From a virus (lineage: Duplodnaviria; Caudoviricetes): a stretch of 42,498 nt of DNA. This document shows, in pieces, positions 25,838-35,213 of the stretch; the stretch's first letter is position 1, and each line of letters begins with the position of its first letter. The notes beneath the pieces were generated by a model. That model searched no databases, was not told the origin of the DNA, and saw only the letters and a list, made by a program, of their open reading frames with translations. The stretch spans positions 1-42,498 of the IMG/VR virus record IMGVR_UViG_3300033405_000377; one strand, written 5' to 3'. The translations under genes and the position numbers were made by a program.

Positions 25838-26398
25838 CTACCAATTATTATCCGCTTTTTTTGACATAGAGGCTTTCAGTGAAGATATAATTGCAATAAA
25901 TTTAGCATTTAAGCTTTGATTATATTTTATGAAATTTTCCATATATTCTTTTGCAAGAGGGATGTCTCGTTTGTCTTTACTGGCTGCCACTCTGTTGATT
26001 TTCTTTATTTCAATATCGAAATATATCTCAAAAGGATAACCCTCGGTTTCAATTTCAAATAGAGAATATTTATACCGACTGTTTTTTAGTTCTAACTTAA
26101 GCAAAAACCACTCCGATTGGTCGATACCTTCAACCTCAGGAACATTTGTAACTCCCTTTAATATAATCAATTTTGCTTCTTTATCATCAGTTTGCAATGC
26201 TGATTTTGAAAAATTGAAAGCTGATGCCAACCAGTTTTTCGCATTCAAATATAAATCATTTGCCGTCATAGATGAATCGACGGGAACAACTTCCGAATAA
26301 ACTATTTTCCCCTCTTTCACTGGAAAATTATCCGATAATAAATTTTGTGCCGTTGTTAGTACTGGCAAAAGAAACAGTAATGAGAGTAATTTTTTCAT
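25838..26398 (-). CDS. Secreted DUF4468-like protein (moron)
   Basis: Signal peptide; YSEVVPVD...DLYLNAKNW...DDKEAKLIILKG...KNSRYKY pattern. Confidence 0.7.
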   Translation of the reverse strand: MKKLLSLLFLLPVLTTAQNLLSDNFPVKEGKIVYSEVVPVDSSMTANDLYLNAKNWLASAFNFSKSALQTDDKEAKLIILKGVTNVPEVEGIDQSEWFLLKLELKNSRYKYSLFEIETEGYPFEIYFDIEIKKINRVAASKDKRDIPLAKEYMENFIKYNQSLNAKFIAIISSLKASMSKKADNNW

Positions 26399-27264
26399 AA
26401 TATATCATCTAATATCTTATAAAGTTCATTTTCATGTAATATTTGAATAGGATAACCATCAGAAATTAATTGTTCTACAGTTTTCAGTTTACTTGGCCCA
26501 AATCCGGCACCCACACATACAATATCAGTGCGTTTTGATATAGCTCCGTTATTATCAGCTCCAAAGCTCTTAAATATTTTTGCCAACTCCTCTCGTTCTG
26601 GATAACGGCTAAAAACGCCAGTTATTACTATTTTTTTGTCATAAAATGGGGTGTCTTTGTTTTTCACAATAGATAAATCCTGATGTTTAACATCAGAAGA
26701 TAAGTGACGTCCTTGTAGATTCATATGAGACTCAAAAGATGTCCTGTCTTTTCGTTCTGGATAGTTCAGACTAAAGATATTGATTCCCTTTAAGTATTCC
26801 ATGAAAATTAAAGCACAATCAATTGCATCCGACAATGCATCGTGATGTTTGGAGACGGGAATATTCAAAGCTGTACATACATCCACTAAAGCATGATTAT
26901 CAAATAGTTCTTTTGTACATTGATGACCTAAAATATGGTGGTTATCAATATTATAGAAATGGATTATCTTGTTTAATACATCTAAGTCGAATTCAATTGA
27001 ATGAGCTACAACAGTTTGAAAGTCAAAGTAATGTTTTATTTTAGGCCACAATTCACTAAAAGTAGGTGCGTCCTGTGTCATCTCTGGAGTGATAAGATGC
27101 ACGTTAATGCAATTTTGATCATATGCATTTCCTGGAGGTTGGATTAAAAAACAATTCTTTTCAATAATTTCTCCGTTTTCAACGCGGACAATTCCTAATT
27201 GACAAGGCATTCTGTTATAGGTTGCTGTTTCAAAATCAAAGGCGGTGAAGTTAAAGTCTGGCAT
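26395..27264 (-). CDS. DEDDh 3'-5' exonuclease (DnaQ-like) with C-terminal BRCT domain
   Basis: FDFETAT, VAHSIEFD and HHDALSDA motifs; BRCT IVITGVF...ISKRTDIVCVG...GPSKL. Confidence 0.9.
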   Translation of the reverse strand: MPDFNFTAFDFETATYNRMPCQLGIVRVENGEIIEKNCFLIQPPGNAYDQNCINVHLITPEMTQDAPTFSELWPKIKHYFDFQTVVAHSIEFDLDVLNKIIHFYNIDNHHILGHQCTKELFDNHALVDVCTALNIPVSKHHDALSDAIDCALIFMEYLKGINIFSLNYPERKDRTSFESHMNLQGRHLSSDVKHQDLSIVKNKDTPFYDKKIVITGVFSRYPEREELAKIFKSFGADNNGAISKRTDIVCVGAGFGPSKLKTVEQLISDGYPIQILHENELYKILDDIL

Positions 27265-27313
27265 GAGGTTTTTGTTAAAAAGTTAATACATGGCAAAGAT
27301 AACAAATTTAAAC

Positions 27314-27340
27314 AAAAAGCCCCGCAGTAATGCGAGGCTT
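27314..27340 (-). terminator. Terminator after hicB
   Basis: AAGCCTCGCA-TTAC-TGCGGGGCTT-TTT on the minus strand. Confidence 0.7.
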
Positions 27341-27375
27341 AATCCATAACAATAACTGTTACTGTCAAACAACAA

Positions 27376-27780
27376 CTAAAGTGATATGGATGTTAATTCT
27401 TTTCCAAGATTATGGAGCGCCAGTTCTATCTTTTTTGTTTGTGCCGGTCTGGGTTTTGATCTGCCGGCAGAATAGCTCCACAATTGTTTTCTGTTTATGC
27501 CTGTTAGTTTCTCCAATGCGGAAAGTGAAAGAATGCCAAAGTAATACTCCAGCAGGCTTTGCGTATCAAATTTATAAACAACTTCAAATTCTTCATCTAA
27601 GAATGCGGGGTATTCGTGTTTGTCCTCTATCGCGGTTTCTTTAAAGAAATACATTTGCACGATCATATCAGCTTTTGCAGCTTCAGCGGAATCACCCATA
27701 CCGGAAAACATTTCATTCTCACAGTATGCACTATATGTTCCATCAGTAGCCCTTCCAATAATTGCCTCTATTTTTTTCAT
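27376..27780 (-). CDS. hicB: HicB-like antitoxin with C-terminal HTH
   Basis: DGTYSAY...GMGDSAEAAKADM N-terminus and LSALEKLTGINRKQLWSY HTH; downstream of hicA. Confidence 0.8.
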   Translation of the reverse strand: MKKIEAIIGRATDGTYSAYCENEMFSGMGDSAEAAKADMIVQMYFFKETAIEDKHEYPAFLDEEFEVVYKFDTQSLLEYYFGILSLSALEKLTGINRKQLWSYSAGRSKPRPAQTKKIELALHNLGKELTSISL

Positions 27781-27803
27781 AACTGTTTTTTTTGTAGATG
27801 GAA

Positions 27804-27983
27804 CTATTTAAGTCCCATCTCTTTTTTTATTTTCAATTCTACTGGTTTAAAAACTTCTTTCGTTCCGTGATTAGGAACCGGGTACCTTTTCCCATCTTTT
27901 TCATAAATAACATGACTTCCCGTCTGCCTTACCGCAATCCATCCATTGCGCAATACTAAGCGATGTAATTCATTAGACTTCAT
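27804..27983 (-). CDS. hicA: HicA toxin (59 aa, below the ORF-track cutoff)
   Basis: Hand translation MKSNELHRLVLRNGWIAVRQTGSHVIYEKDGKRYPVPNHGTKEVFKPVELKIKKEMGLK*, with GSH and VPxH motifs. Confidence 0.92.
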   Translation of the reverse strand: MKSNELHRLVLRNGWIAVRQTGSHVIYEKDGKRYPVPNHGTKEVFKPVELKIKKEMGLK

Positions 27984-28012
27984 ATCTCATATATTATTGT
28001 TGTTTGACCCTA

Positions 28013-28069
28013 CAAAGATAGACAAATGTCTATTATAATCCAAATAATAATATACATTTGTCTATCTTT
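28013..28069 (-). promoter_or_regulatory. hicAB promoter with operator inverted repeats
   Basis: -7 box TATCTTTG (28013-28020); perfect 16-bp IR AAAGATAGACAAATGT at 28014-28029 / 28054-28069. Confidence 0.7.
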
Positions 28070-28520
28070 TATGTATATTTAACAATGCATTTATGTGTAG
28101 CTTCAAACATTACGTTATCGGGTTCCTTTTCGATATCTAATTTCGTGAAAACACATGTAAATTATTTGTGTTCAAAAGATTACCTCAAAAAAACGACTAA
28201 AAAAGTTGTTATTTTTTCATTCTGTCGGATTTTTAAATGTTTATTTCGCTGATTCAAAGGTTTTTGACCGTCTAATTTTAAATAAAAAATCCGAATTTCA
28301 CGCGATTGACCCCGACGCGACCTGATCGGGATTTGTAATTACCTGCCGATTTTGCGTGTTATATGATAGGGGGTAGCTGTAGGAAATTAACATCTATATG
28401 TATGGGAAAATTACCGAACGCAAGTGCGGCCATTTTTTAAGCGGCCCGGCTATTTCTAAAATGCGTTGTGGTACAACTACATACAACACAAGAACAATCA
28501 ATGTAATTGTAATAGGCAAT

Positions 28521-28547
28521 AAAAAAGGCCAGGTAATTACCTGACCT
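28521..28547 (-). terminator. Terminator after terL
   Basis: AGGTCAGG-TAATTA-CCTGGCCT followed by a T-run on the minus strand. Confidence 0.7.
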
Positions 28548-28578
28548 ATCATGGTTATGAATGCTATTATCTATTGCA

Positions 28579-30204
28579 TCACATCATACCACCACCCATA
28601 CCCATGTATATGTTACGATAAGGAAACTTATTCATGCCGATACAAAGCGTATCGAAAGCATCTGTGCCATCCGTTCTATACTCCAACTTATCTTCCTCTG
28701 TTTCCATTAACTTCTCGCCTGTTTTATCTTTCTTAAATCCATTTGTGCCTATTCTTGTGCCTGTTTTCTCCATGGCCATAACTAACGCTTCATTATTGGG
28801 TTTATTGATCCGGGGAAACAATCCACTTTCACCTTTGAAAGCACGGTTGATTAATAGATGCTTTTCCATATGCGGCAAAGGATTACCCAAATTAACAGGA
28901 AGAATAGTCCAATCCAGCGATTCAAAAGTTGAGATAACAACAGATGCAAAGTCTTCATCATTGACTGCATAGTTACTACCTAATGCAGTTGTGTCGTAAT
29001 AGTACACAACGGTTCGTGTATGATGATAACGGTAGTAATTACAAAAGTCTTGTACTACTTCTCTAATCTTACGTTCATATTTTACATAGAACGATTTCAA
29101 AGTTAGCATTTCACCATCACGTTCTTGACCTGTTACTATCCAATTTATGTTGCTGTTATAATCCATGGCGATACACAACGCATCATCCAGATTAACATCT
29201 TTATCTTGCAAACAACATTCCTTATCTATTTTAGAAAAATTGAAATCAAGTCCATCAAGATAAGAATTATCAAATGAAGAATAATAATGCAATGATTCTA
29301 CCATCGACTGATAGAACCCATCTTTCAAAATTCCTATTCGTCTACACAGGATAGATGTTTGAAAAATCAATGGTGGTAAATCGCGTTTCATCTGTGCAAT
29401 ATATTTTTCACCCAACACTAACAGATTTTCAATGGATGACCATTCTCGATAATATATTGCAACAGCCCGTAATTGAGATAAACTGCGATATAATGAATTC
29501 AAATAGTTTTTCAAATATGCAGGTGAATCACCCGTTGCAATACGAGTCTTTATTTTCCATATTTCATTGATTATGCCATGAATAGTTTCAATTACTTCAT
29601 TATCCGTTTTTTCTTTGTAAGATAAAAACCAACTACCTCTTTTGGTTGTTGGCATATCTGAAGTAATCAATAAGGAATGATGCCAGGGAATATGTCCAAA
29701 ATGTGATTTAATACCACCATTTGCCGGAAATGTTTCATCCTTCAGCTGGTTGTAATCAATATATCGTGCTTCGTCAACATCAACATAATCCAATGTTAAT
29801 GAATTAGATGTTCCTTTTCTGTCTTGAGAAATAATATATTGAATAGAACCATTATACCAGGATATAACCGAATCGTATGACTCAGGTTCAATAAGAGGTT
29901 TTTCAAATCCGGCAGATTTCGGCGGACGATGACCTATATGAAAATGTACATTACGCTTGTATCCGAATGATTCTAAAGCATTCAAAGTACCAGGTAATGT
30001 ATTCGTTAATCCATGTTTATATGTTGGCACCACAATGCCACCGCTTGATCTTGGCATTCGTTGTAAATTACGAAGCAACCAAGGAGCTGCAATGCCATGC
30101 GTTTTACCAATTCGTCTTCCGCCAACGAAAACGCTTGTATGAGCACCAGTATAAATAGCTTCTTGTTGTGGAGGATTGAGATATATTTGTTTTTTATCAC
30201 TCAT
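28579..30204 (-). CDS. terL: Terminase large subunit
   Basis: Walker A GGRRIGKT, Walker B YVDVDEA, nuclease motifs CIAMDYN and TDGTDAFD. Confidence 0.9.
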   Translation of the reverse strand: MSDKKQIYLNPPQQEAIYTGAHTSVFVGGRRIGKTHGIAAPWLLRNLQRMPRSSGGIVVPTYKHGLTNTLPGTLNALESFGYKRNVHFHIGHRPPKSAGFEKPLIEPESYDSVISWYNGSIQYIISQDRKGTSNSLTLDYVDVDEARYIDYNQLKDETFPANGGIKSHFGHIPWHHSLLITSDMPTTKRGSWFLSYKEKTDNEVIETIHGIINEIWKIKTRIATGDSPAYLKNYLNSLYRSLSQLRAVAIYYREWSSIENLLVLGEKYIAQMKRDLPPLIFQTSILCRRIGILKDGFYQSMVESLHYYSSFDNSYLDGLDFNFSKIDKECCLQDKDVNLDDALCIAMDYNSNINWIVTGQERDGEMLTLKSFYVKYERKIREVVQDFCNYYRYHHTRTVVYYYDTTALGSNYAVNDEDFASVVISTFESLDWTILPVNLGNPLPHMEKHLLINRAFKGESGLFPRINKPNNEALVMAMEKTGTRIGTNGFKKDKTGEKLMETEEDKLEYRTDGTDAFDTLCIGMNKFPYRNIYMGMGGGMM

Positions 30205-30811
30205 TGGATGGTAGTTCAGTTGGTGTGTTTTTAAATATATCTTCGATAGTAACGTCTACATATTCGATATCTTGAATTTCACCAAAATATTTGTCTTTCA
30301 TTTTAGCTATTTTTTCTTTGATATTCGGTACCGGTTGAATTCCGATAACAGTAGGATCAGATGTGATTTCGAATTGTTGTACTGCGATTTCTTCCCAAGG
30401 ATAACGCTCCGATTCTTCTTTGTCAAGTTGATTGTATTTTCCGTATTTATCTGCAACCATTGACACCGCGATTGGGTTTTGTTTTTTTACAGCCATATCA
30501 TAGGCTTTATCCAACATTGCATTTAATTTAAAACGATGCCAAGGTTTTGACGATGTGGCAAAATCACCAATCAATTGTTTTGCCAATTTAATATCTTCAT
30601 AAACGGTACTGCGATCAATTTTAAATTGCAGCATCATCATGTCGCATATTTCTTTTTCTTTTTTAAGCGGATATTGAATGTAAATTGTATAAATAGCACG
30701 AATCCGTTTTACTTTTTCTTGTAACTGAAAAGATAAACCGGCATTTTGTAGTTTTTCCACATCATCGAACAGATGAATGCGGCATATTTCGGATGTGTTT
30801 GGTTTTGGCAT
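30197..30811 (-). CDS. Terminase small subunit (putative)
   Basis: HTH-like FKIDRSTVYEDIKLAK; overlaps the terL start. Confidence 0.7.
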   Translation of the reverse strand: MPKPNTSEICRIHLFDDVEKLQNAGLSFQLQEKVKRIRAIYTIYIQYPLKKEKEICDMMMLQFKIDRSTVYEDIKLAKQLIGDFATSSKPWHRFKLNAMLDKAYDMAVKKQNPIAVSMVADKYGKYNQLDKEESERYPWEEIAVQQFEITSDPTVIGIQPVPNIKEKIAKMKDKYFGEIQDIEYVDVTIEDIFKNTPTELPSNE

Positions 30812-30828
30812 CTTCGGCGTTATAATCC

Positions 30829-30861
30829 AAATAAGCCTGCATTTTTTTTGCAGGCTTATTT
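30829..30861. terminator. Bidirectional terminator-like hairpin upstream of terS
   Basis: AAATAAGCCTGCA / TGCAGGCTTATTT with a T-only loop. Confidence 0.6.
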
Positions 30862-30879
30862 AGTTTCAAAATTTTAGAT

Positions 30880-31665
30880 TTAGATATTCAAACCCAGATT
30901 ACGAAGTTCTTCAGCTTGTTGCTCTGATATTCCTTGATTAACAGATTTCAATTCATCAATCCGGACTTGAACTTTTTCCAATAATTCGGAATAGGCATCC
31001 GCTTGTGTTTTATCCAGCTGTAAAGCTGCTAACTTTTCTTTGTTGTCGGATATATATTTCCGATCCGCACCTATCCGATTGAAATCGATGACAATTTGGT
31101 CAGTAGGTTTTGGTGGGTTTGCAATGTCATATTTATCATATGAACCCCAATTTGCCTGCAACTTTTCATCATATTCTACGAGTTGCTTTAAGAAAGGATA
31201 GCGATCGCATGGTAACTCGTTATCCATTAATTTAAGTTTTTCATGCAAAGCGCGCATGCGGGGATAGATAATCAAATTTTCATCGAATTTCGCTTTGATT
31301 TCATCCGGTAACAAATCGTGATCGGGCCGTTTTCCGGATTTATCAGGATTCAACAGCTCAATTACTTTAGGAAGCGTTTCAGTCTCAACTTTTTTTACTT
31401 GCTCCGTAAATGCAGTAATTTCGGTAGCTGTCAATTTTTTGTAGTCAATACCTCTTTGTAAAGCGGTATATTTTGACTCCATTATTTCGAGAGTTTTGCG
31501 CAGTTCATACGCTAGTTTGTCATCCATTTTCCGGCGGACAATATTTTCATATAAAATCCGTCTTCGTGGGTTATTTTTCAGGTACAATAACGCACCTACA
31601 TCAAAATTTCGTTCTTCAGGATCAAGCATAAGCCAGTCCTTGATTTTTTGAATTTCTTTTTCCAT
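30880..31665 (-). CDS. Hypothetical phage protein
   Basis: 261 aa, first gene after promoter copy 4; GKRPDHDLLPDEIK motif. Confidence 0.75.
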   Translation of the reverse strand: MEKEIQKIKDWLMLDPEERNFDVGALLYLKNNPRRRILYENIVRRKMDDKLAYELRKTLEIMESKYTALQRGIDYKKLTATEITAFTEQVKKVETETLPKVIELLNPDKSGKRPDHDLLPDEIKAKFDENLIIYPRMRALHEKLKLMDNELPCDRYPFLKQLVEYDEKLQANWGSYDKYDIANPPKPTDQIVIDFNRIGADRKYISDNKEKLAALQLDKTQADAYSELLEKVQVRIDELKSVNQGISEQQAEELRNLGLNI

Positions 31666-31704
31666 AATGATTTTTAATTAATGTGATACAATTGTTTGAG
31701 ATTA

Positions 31705-31740
31705 CGAAGGTAAACGCCTCTATTTTTGCATAAAAAGACA
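31705..31740 (-). promoter_or_regulatory. Putative late promoter copy 4 (terminase operon)
   Basis: TGTCTTTTT...TACCTTCG with a 27-nt offset (31739 to 31712). Confidence 0.7.
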
Positions 31741-31765
31741 AACGGACACCTTTTGGGTGTCCGTT
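31741..31765 (-). terminator. Terminator ending the capsid operon
   Basis: AACGGACACC-N5-GGTGTCCGTT. Confidence 0.75.
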
Positions 31766-31788
31766 GATCTATAATAGTAAACATCTTG

Positions 31789-32382
31789 TTAGCTCCCTGC
31801 GGAAGGTGTAATTACTTCGTTGATAGTTCCGTTTTCGGTGATTATTTCACCTGTATAATACGGAGCCGGACAAACATCCGTAACCGAAGCTTCGATTGTA
31901 GTGCTCATTTCATCGGTGGCTTTTGACCCAGAAGCTTGATCGATTTTCATTTCAAGTAAATACATTTCATTACCGATTACACGATAACTACCTGCAGTTT
32001 CTTGGATGATAAAAACATAATCGTCGTTGTTTGCAATTCGCGCAAATCCGGCAGCTTGAGCATCCACTCGAGGACAGACAAATGTAGCCGTGTTCAAAAA
32101 GCTTTTTGAAGGCTTAGAGCCTTGACCGGCAGATTTTACTGGTGACTTATCGATCAATACGTCGAGTTCCATCCATTGTTTTCCAGTGACGAGCGTAAAG
32201 CTACCAGCATAAGTAGCTAAATCCCCCATATCAGTCGTGATGATAGCCGGCAATGTTGGAAAACTTGCAATATCCCTTTTGGGAATGTAATATACCTTCG
32301 ATCGTATTCCGGGAAGGTTTACTTTGCCCTCGCACCATTCAAGGCTTTGAGGGTCTACGGGTGTACATGGTGTTGTTGCCAT
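31789..32382 (-). CDS. Putative major tail (tube) protein
   Basis: 197 aa, beta-rich, directly after the capsid gene; C...LPGIRSKVYY and YRVIG motifs. Confidence 0.55.
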   Translation of the reverse strand: MATTPCTPVDPQSLEWCEGKVNLPGIRSKVYYIPKRDIASFPTLPAIITTDMGDLATYAGSFTLVTGKQWMELDVLIDKSPVKSAGQGSKPSKSFLNTATFVCPRVDAQAAGFARIANNDDYVFIIQETAGSYRVIGNEMYLLEMKIDQASGSKATDEMSTTIEASVTDVCPAPYYTGEIITENGTINEVITPSAGS

Positions 32383-32394
32383 TTTTTTACCTCC

Positions 32395-33375
32395 TTATGA
32401 TGCTGCCGGTGTTATAACCGGTGCGGTTTGCGTAGCTACCAATAAACGTTGATAACTAATAGTTTCAAATTGACATCCAAAAAACAAAGTAACAATGAAT
32501 TGCAACACGAAAGCCGCATGTTTTTCCACTGTTATTCTTTCCAAATCACCTTCATTGTCAGTTCCAACCAACATATTGGCTGCATCTGTCATATGAATAT
32601 ACTGAGAATTCTTTTTGTTAGGCAAAGCAACCAATTCACACAAGTCATTCGAACCTTCCAAAAAGGTTTTATTAAATTGAGTATTGTAAGGTACAGGTCC
32701 GACTGTTGTTTGGTAATCGTCAACATAGAAATTGTATACCGCTTTGGGAATAAACAATTTCACGGTGTCGTTTTGAAGTTCATCGGAACCGGCACGATAT
32801 ATTGCTTTCAATATATCAACCGCATTAGTACGGTCAATAGCTTGACCATATGCATACAAATTGTTGTTTGCCACTGAAATATTTCCAGCCGCAATTTCGG
32901 TACCGGTGATTGTGTCAAAGCCGTTGAATAAATCTGCAGTTGTGGAACCGGCGTCATTTCTAACAGCACTCCACAAATTAGCATTCAAAGCTTTCGACAA
33001 TTGTTTCATCAAGTAAAACAAGATGGCGTTGGTAATTGGTACATTCTGCAACCCGGGGCCATTCGTTACAGCACTTCCATATAGCGATTGATATACGGAG
33101 TTAGGCGAAAAGTTTTTAACTACCGAACCAAAGAATGTTTCTAAACTACGTCCAGCGATACCTGGAGCAACATCATCGATCCTTGTTTCTGAATACGGCC
33201 CGATTTCAATACCTCCGGATAATTCGCCAACAGTTTCTTTGTAGCGAATTCCGGTGCGAAGCGTCATGTGCTTCAGCGAAGATTGCAAAGCAATCACCGC
33301 CATCATTAACAAATCCTGCCGATAGGTTTGGGCGGATTGAGCTAATTGAGCAGGGGTTATATTAATTTGTCCCAT
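32395..33375 (-). CDS. Major capsid protein
   Basis: 326 aa following protease and scaffold; LWSAVRND...DLFNGFDT motif in the HK97-fold spine-helix region. Confidence 0.8.
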   Translation of the reverse strand: MGQINITPAQLAQSAQTYRQDLLMMAVIALQSSLKHMTLRTGIRYKETVGELSGGIEIGPYSETRIDDVAPGIAGRSLETFFGSVVKNFSPNSVYQSLYGSAVTNGPGLQNVPITNAILFYLMKQLSKALNANLWSAVRNDAGSTTADLFNGFDTITGTEIAAGNISVANNNLYAYGQAIDRTNAVDILKAIYRAGSDELQNDTVKLFIPKAVYNFYVDDYQTTVGPVPYNTQFNKTFLEGSNDLCELVALPNKKNSQYIHMTDAANMLVGTDNEGDLERITVEKHAAFVLQFIVTLFFGCQFETISYQRLLVATQTAPVITPAAS

Positions 33376-33404
33376 TTGAAATGAAATATTTTGAGAGTGA
33401 AAAA

Positions 33405-33818
33405 TTATTCAGGTAATGCATTGAAAATTGCACGAACAGTTTCAACGCGCTTGCTTGATTCCGGAGAGATAAGTAAGTCTTTAGATTCTGTTTTGTGTTC
33501 AGAATCAGTTTCTTTTTTTACTTTTCCAGTTTCGTCCCCGGGACTGCCAAGTTTTATATTTTGTTCTTCAATCGTTTTGTTCAACGTTTGAATAGTGGCG
33601 GCCTGTTCGGTTACCTTTTCATTAGCAATCTGCAACTTACTTTGAAGTTCAGTTACATCCGTTTCTGCGGATAAAGCCTCTAAAAGGCTATCAGGCGTAA
33701 TATCTTCCGATTTTGATTCGGGATTACCCTCTATGATTTTTGAAACCAATTGGTTCCAATTGGCGGCGGCTGATCTTTCGGCTTCAACTTCCGCACTTGG
33801 TTTGAATTTGAATTTCAT
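33405..33818 (-). CDS. Putative scaffolding protein
   Basis: Charged coiled coil between protease and capsid; start MKFKFK. Confidence 0.6.
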   Translation of the reverse strand: MKFKFKPSAEVEAERSAAANWNQLVSKIIEGNPESKSEDITPDSLLEALSAETDVTELQSKLQIANEKVTEQAATIQTLNKTIEEQNIKLGSPGDETGKVKKETDSEHKTESKDLLISPESSKRVETVRAIFNALPE

Positions 33819-33828
33819 AAGAAATTGA

Positions 33829-34713
33829 TTAATTAAAGTAATTAAGGATATTTTGAAAGCTGTCAATCCCATCGATCAGCCCTATTTTTTTTGCCTCTGT
33901 GGCGAAAAATGTTTTTCCGGTATTCCACTCTGTTTCATCCCCTGTTAAAGTAGATAGGCGATTAGTTTTAACCATGTTCAAAAATTCGGCATTCACTGTA
34001 TCAACCTTAGCTTGTAATGGGTCTAAATTTCCCTTGAGCGCTTCACGGAATTCATTATTTTTATCGGTAGACTGCGAAGCATATACCTCTATTAAATTTA
34101 TTCCCTGTTTTTTAAGCTGTTCGGAATAGTCAATAATTGTGGAGATTGTGCCAATGCAGCCGATTTGGGCTAGATCATTGTTGGCAATAGCTAAATCACA
34201 TCCGGAAAGGATGCCATATGCAGCCGATGCGGCCATATCATTTGCAAATCCCACAACAGGTTTATTTCTTGCGGCCAGTGTTTCGTTAAATAGAAACATA
34301 CCATACGAACTACCACCTCCTGAATCAATATCCAATACGATTCCTTGAATATTGTCATTAGCATAGCAACGTTGCAGGATGTTGGATTTTGTCACCATGC
34401 CTGCAGGCCCACAATTTTGATCTTGTTTTGTGATAGCACCGGAGATGGTTATAATGGCAACTGAATTATCTGGAGCATCTTCAGGGGGATTACTTAATCC
34501 TAATTCAGATATGGTGTAAGCATCACTATTAATAGTTGCAAAACGAACGCCATCATAAAGTAAGTTGGATTCTCGTTCCGCCTTGGTCATTGAAGTAGTG
34601 GCAAACGAGGGGCGTTCGCCTTGCATCCAAGGTGTAATAAGAGGTAGGTAATTGAGGGAGTATCCGTATTCGATCGCCCAAAAACCATTTAAAATTTGAT
34701 GAAGGAATAACAT
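33829..34713 (-). CDS. S49 (SppA/ClpP-like) prohead protease
   Basis: LDIDSGGG, MAASAAY, IGCIGT and AKKIGLIDGI motifs. Confidence 0.9.
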   Translation of the reverse strand: MLFLHQILNGFWAIEYGYSLNYLPLITPWMQGERPSFATTSMTKAERESNLLYDGVRFATINSDAYTISELGLSNPPEDAPDNSVAIITISGAITKQDQNCGPAGMVTKSNILQRCYANDNIQGIVLDIDSGGGSSYGMFLFNETLAARNKPVVGFANDMAASAAYGILSGCDLAIANNDLAQIGCIGTISTIIDYSEQLKKQGINLIEVYASQSTDKNNEFREALKGNLDPLQAKVDTVNAEFLNMVKTNRLSTLTGDETEWNTGKTFFATEAKKIGLIDGIDSFQNILNYFN

Positions 34714-34766
34714 TGCAGATTAATTTTCTGCAATGTTATTCTATTTATAAGAGGGTAAAAAAGACC
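34705..34766 (-). promoter_or_regulatory. Putative late promoter copy 5 embedded in a perfect 15-bp hairpin covering the ATG
   Basis: GGTCTTTTTT...TAACATTG with a 27-nt offset (34765 to 34738); IR 34705-34719 / 34727-34741. Confidence 0.7.
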
Positions 34767-34769
34767 TTA

Positions 34770-35213
34770 TTATCCTATTGAAAGCACGGAAAATAAGTTT
34801 ATGTACTTGATTTCCACAGTGAAAATACGTGTTCCTGTGGGTGTATCAGCATTATCATATTTATATGTGAGAGACGTATATGGTTTGTCTGGAGTACCTA
34901 AAAGGGACTGAGACCCATATATATCTGTCACGCGATAACAGTTTTGCCCACGGGCTAATAATGCAAGTATAATTCGTGTAATAGGAATTATCTCGGTTTT
35001 TTTCAGTGTCAAAGTTGTTGTGTAAACATCTTGACCGCTTTGTTTTTCACTTTGTACAGACAAAGAAGCCAATCCATCAATATCAAGATCGGAGAATGTT
35101 CCTGTAACGGAATCCAATACTATTCCTTCATATATTTTTCCTTGCGTTGAAACTGAAAGATCAGCGGCGGAAATCCATTCAACTTGTTTAATTGCCGGTA
35201 ATACACTTTTCAT
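34770..35213 (-). CDS. Hypothetical phage protein
   Basis: 147-aa beta-rich ORF upstream of the protease. Confidence 0.7.
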   Translation of the reverse strand: MKSVLPAIKQVEWISAADLSVSTQGKIYEGIVLDSVTGTFSDLDIDGLASLSVQSEKQSGQDVYTTTLTLKKTEIIPITRIILALLARGQNCYRVTDIYGSQSLLGTPDKPYTSLTYKYDNADTPTGTRIFTVEIKYINLFSVLSIG

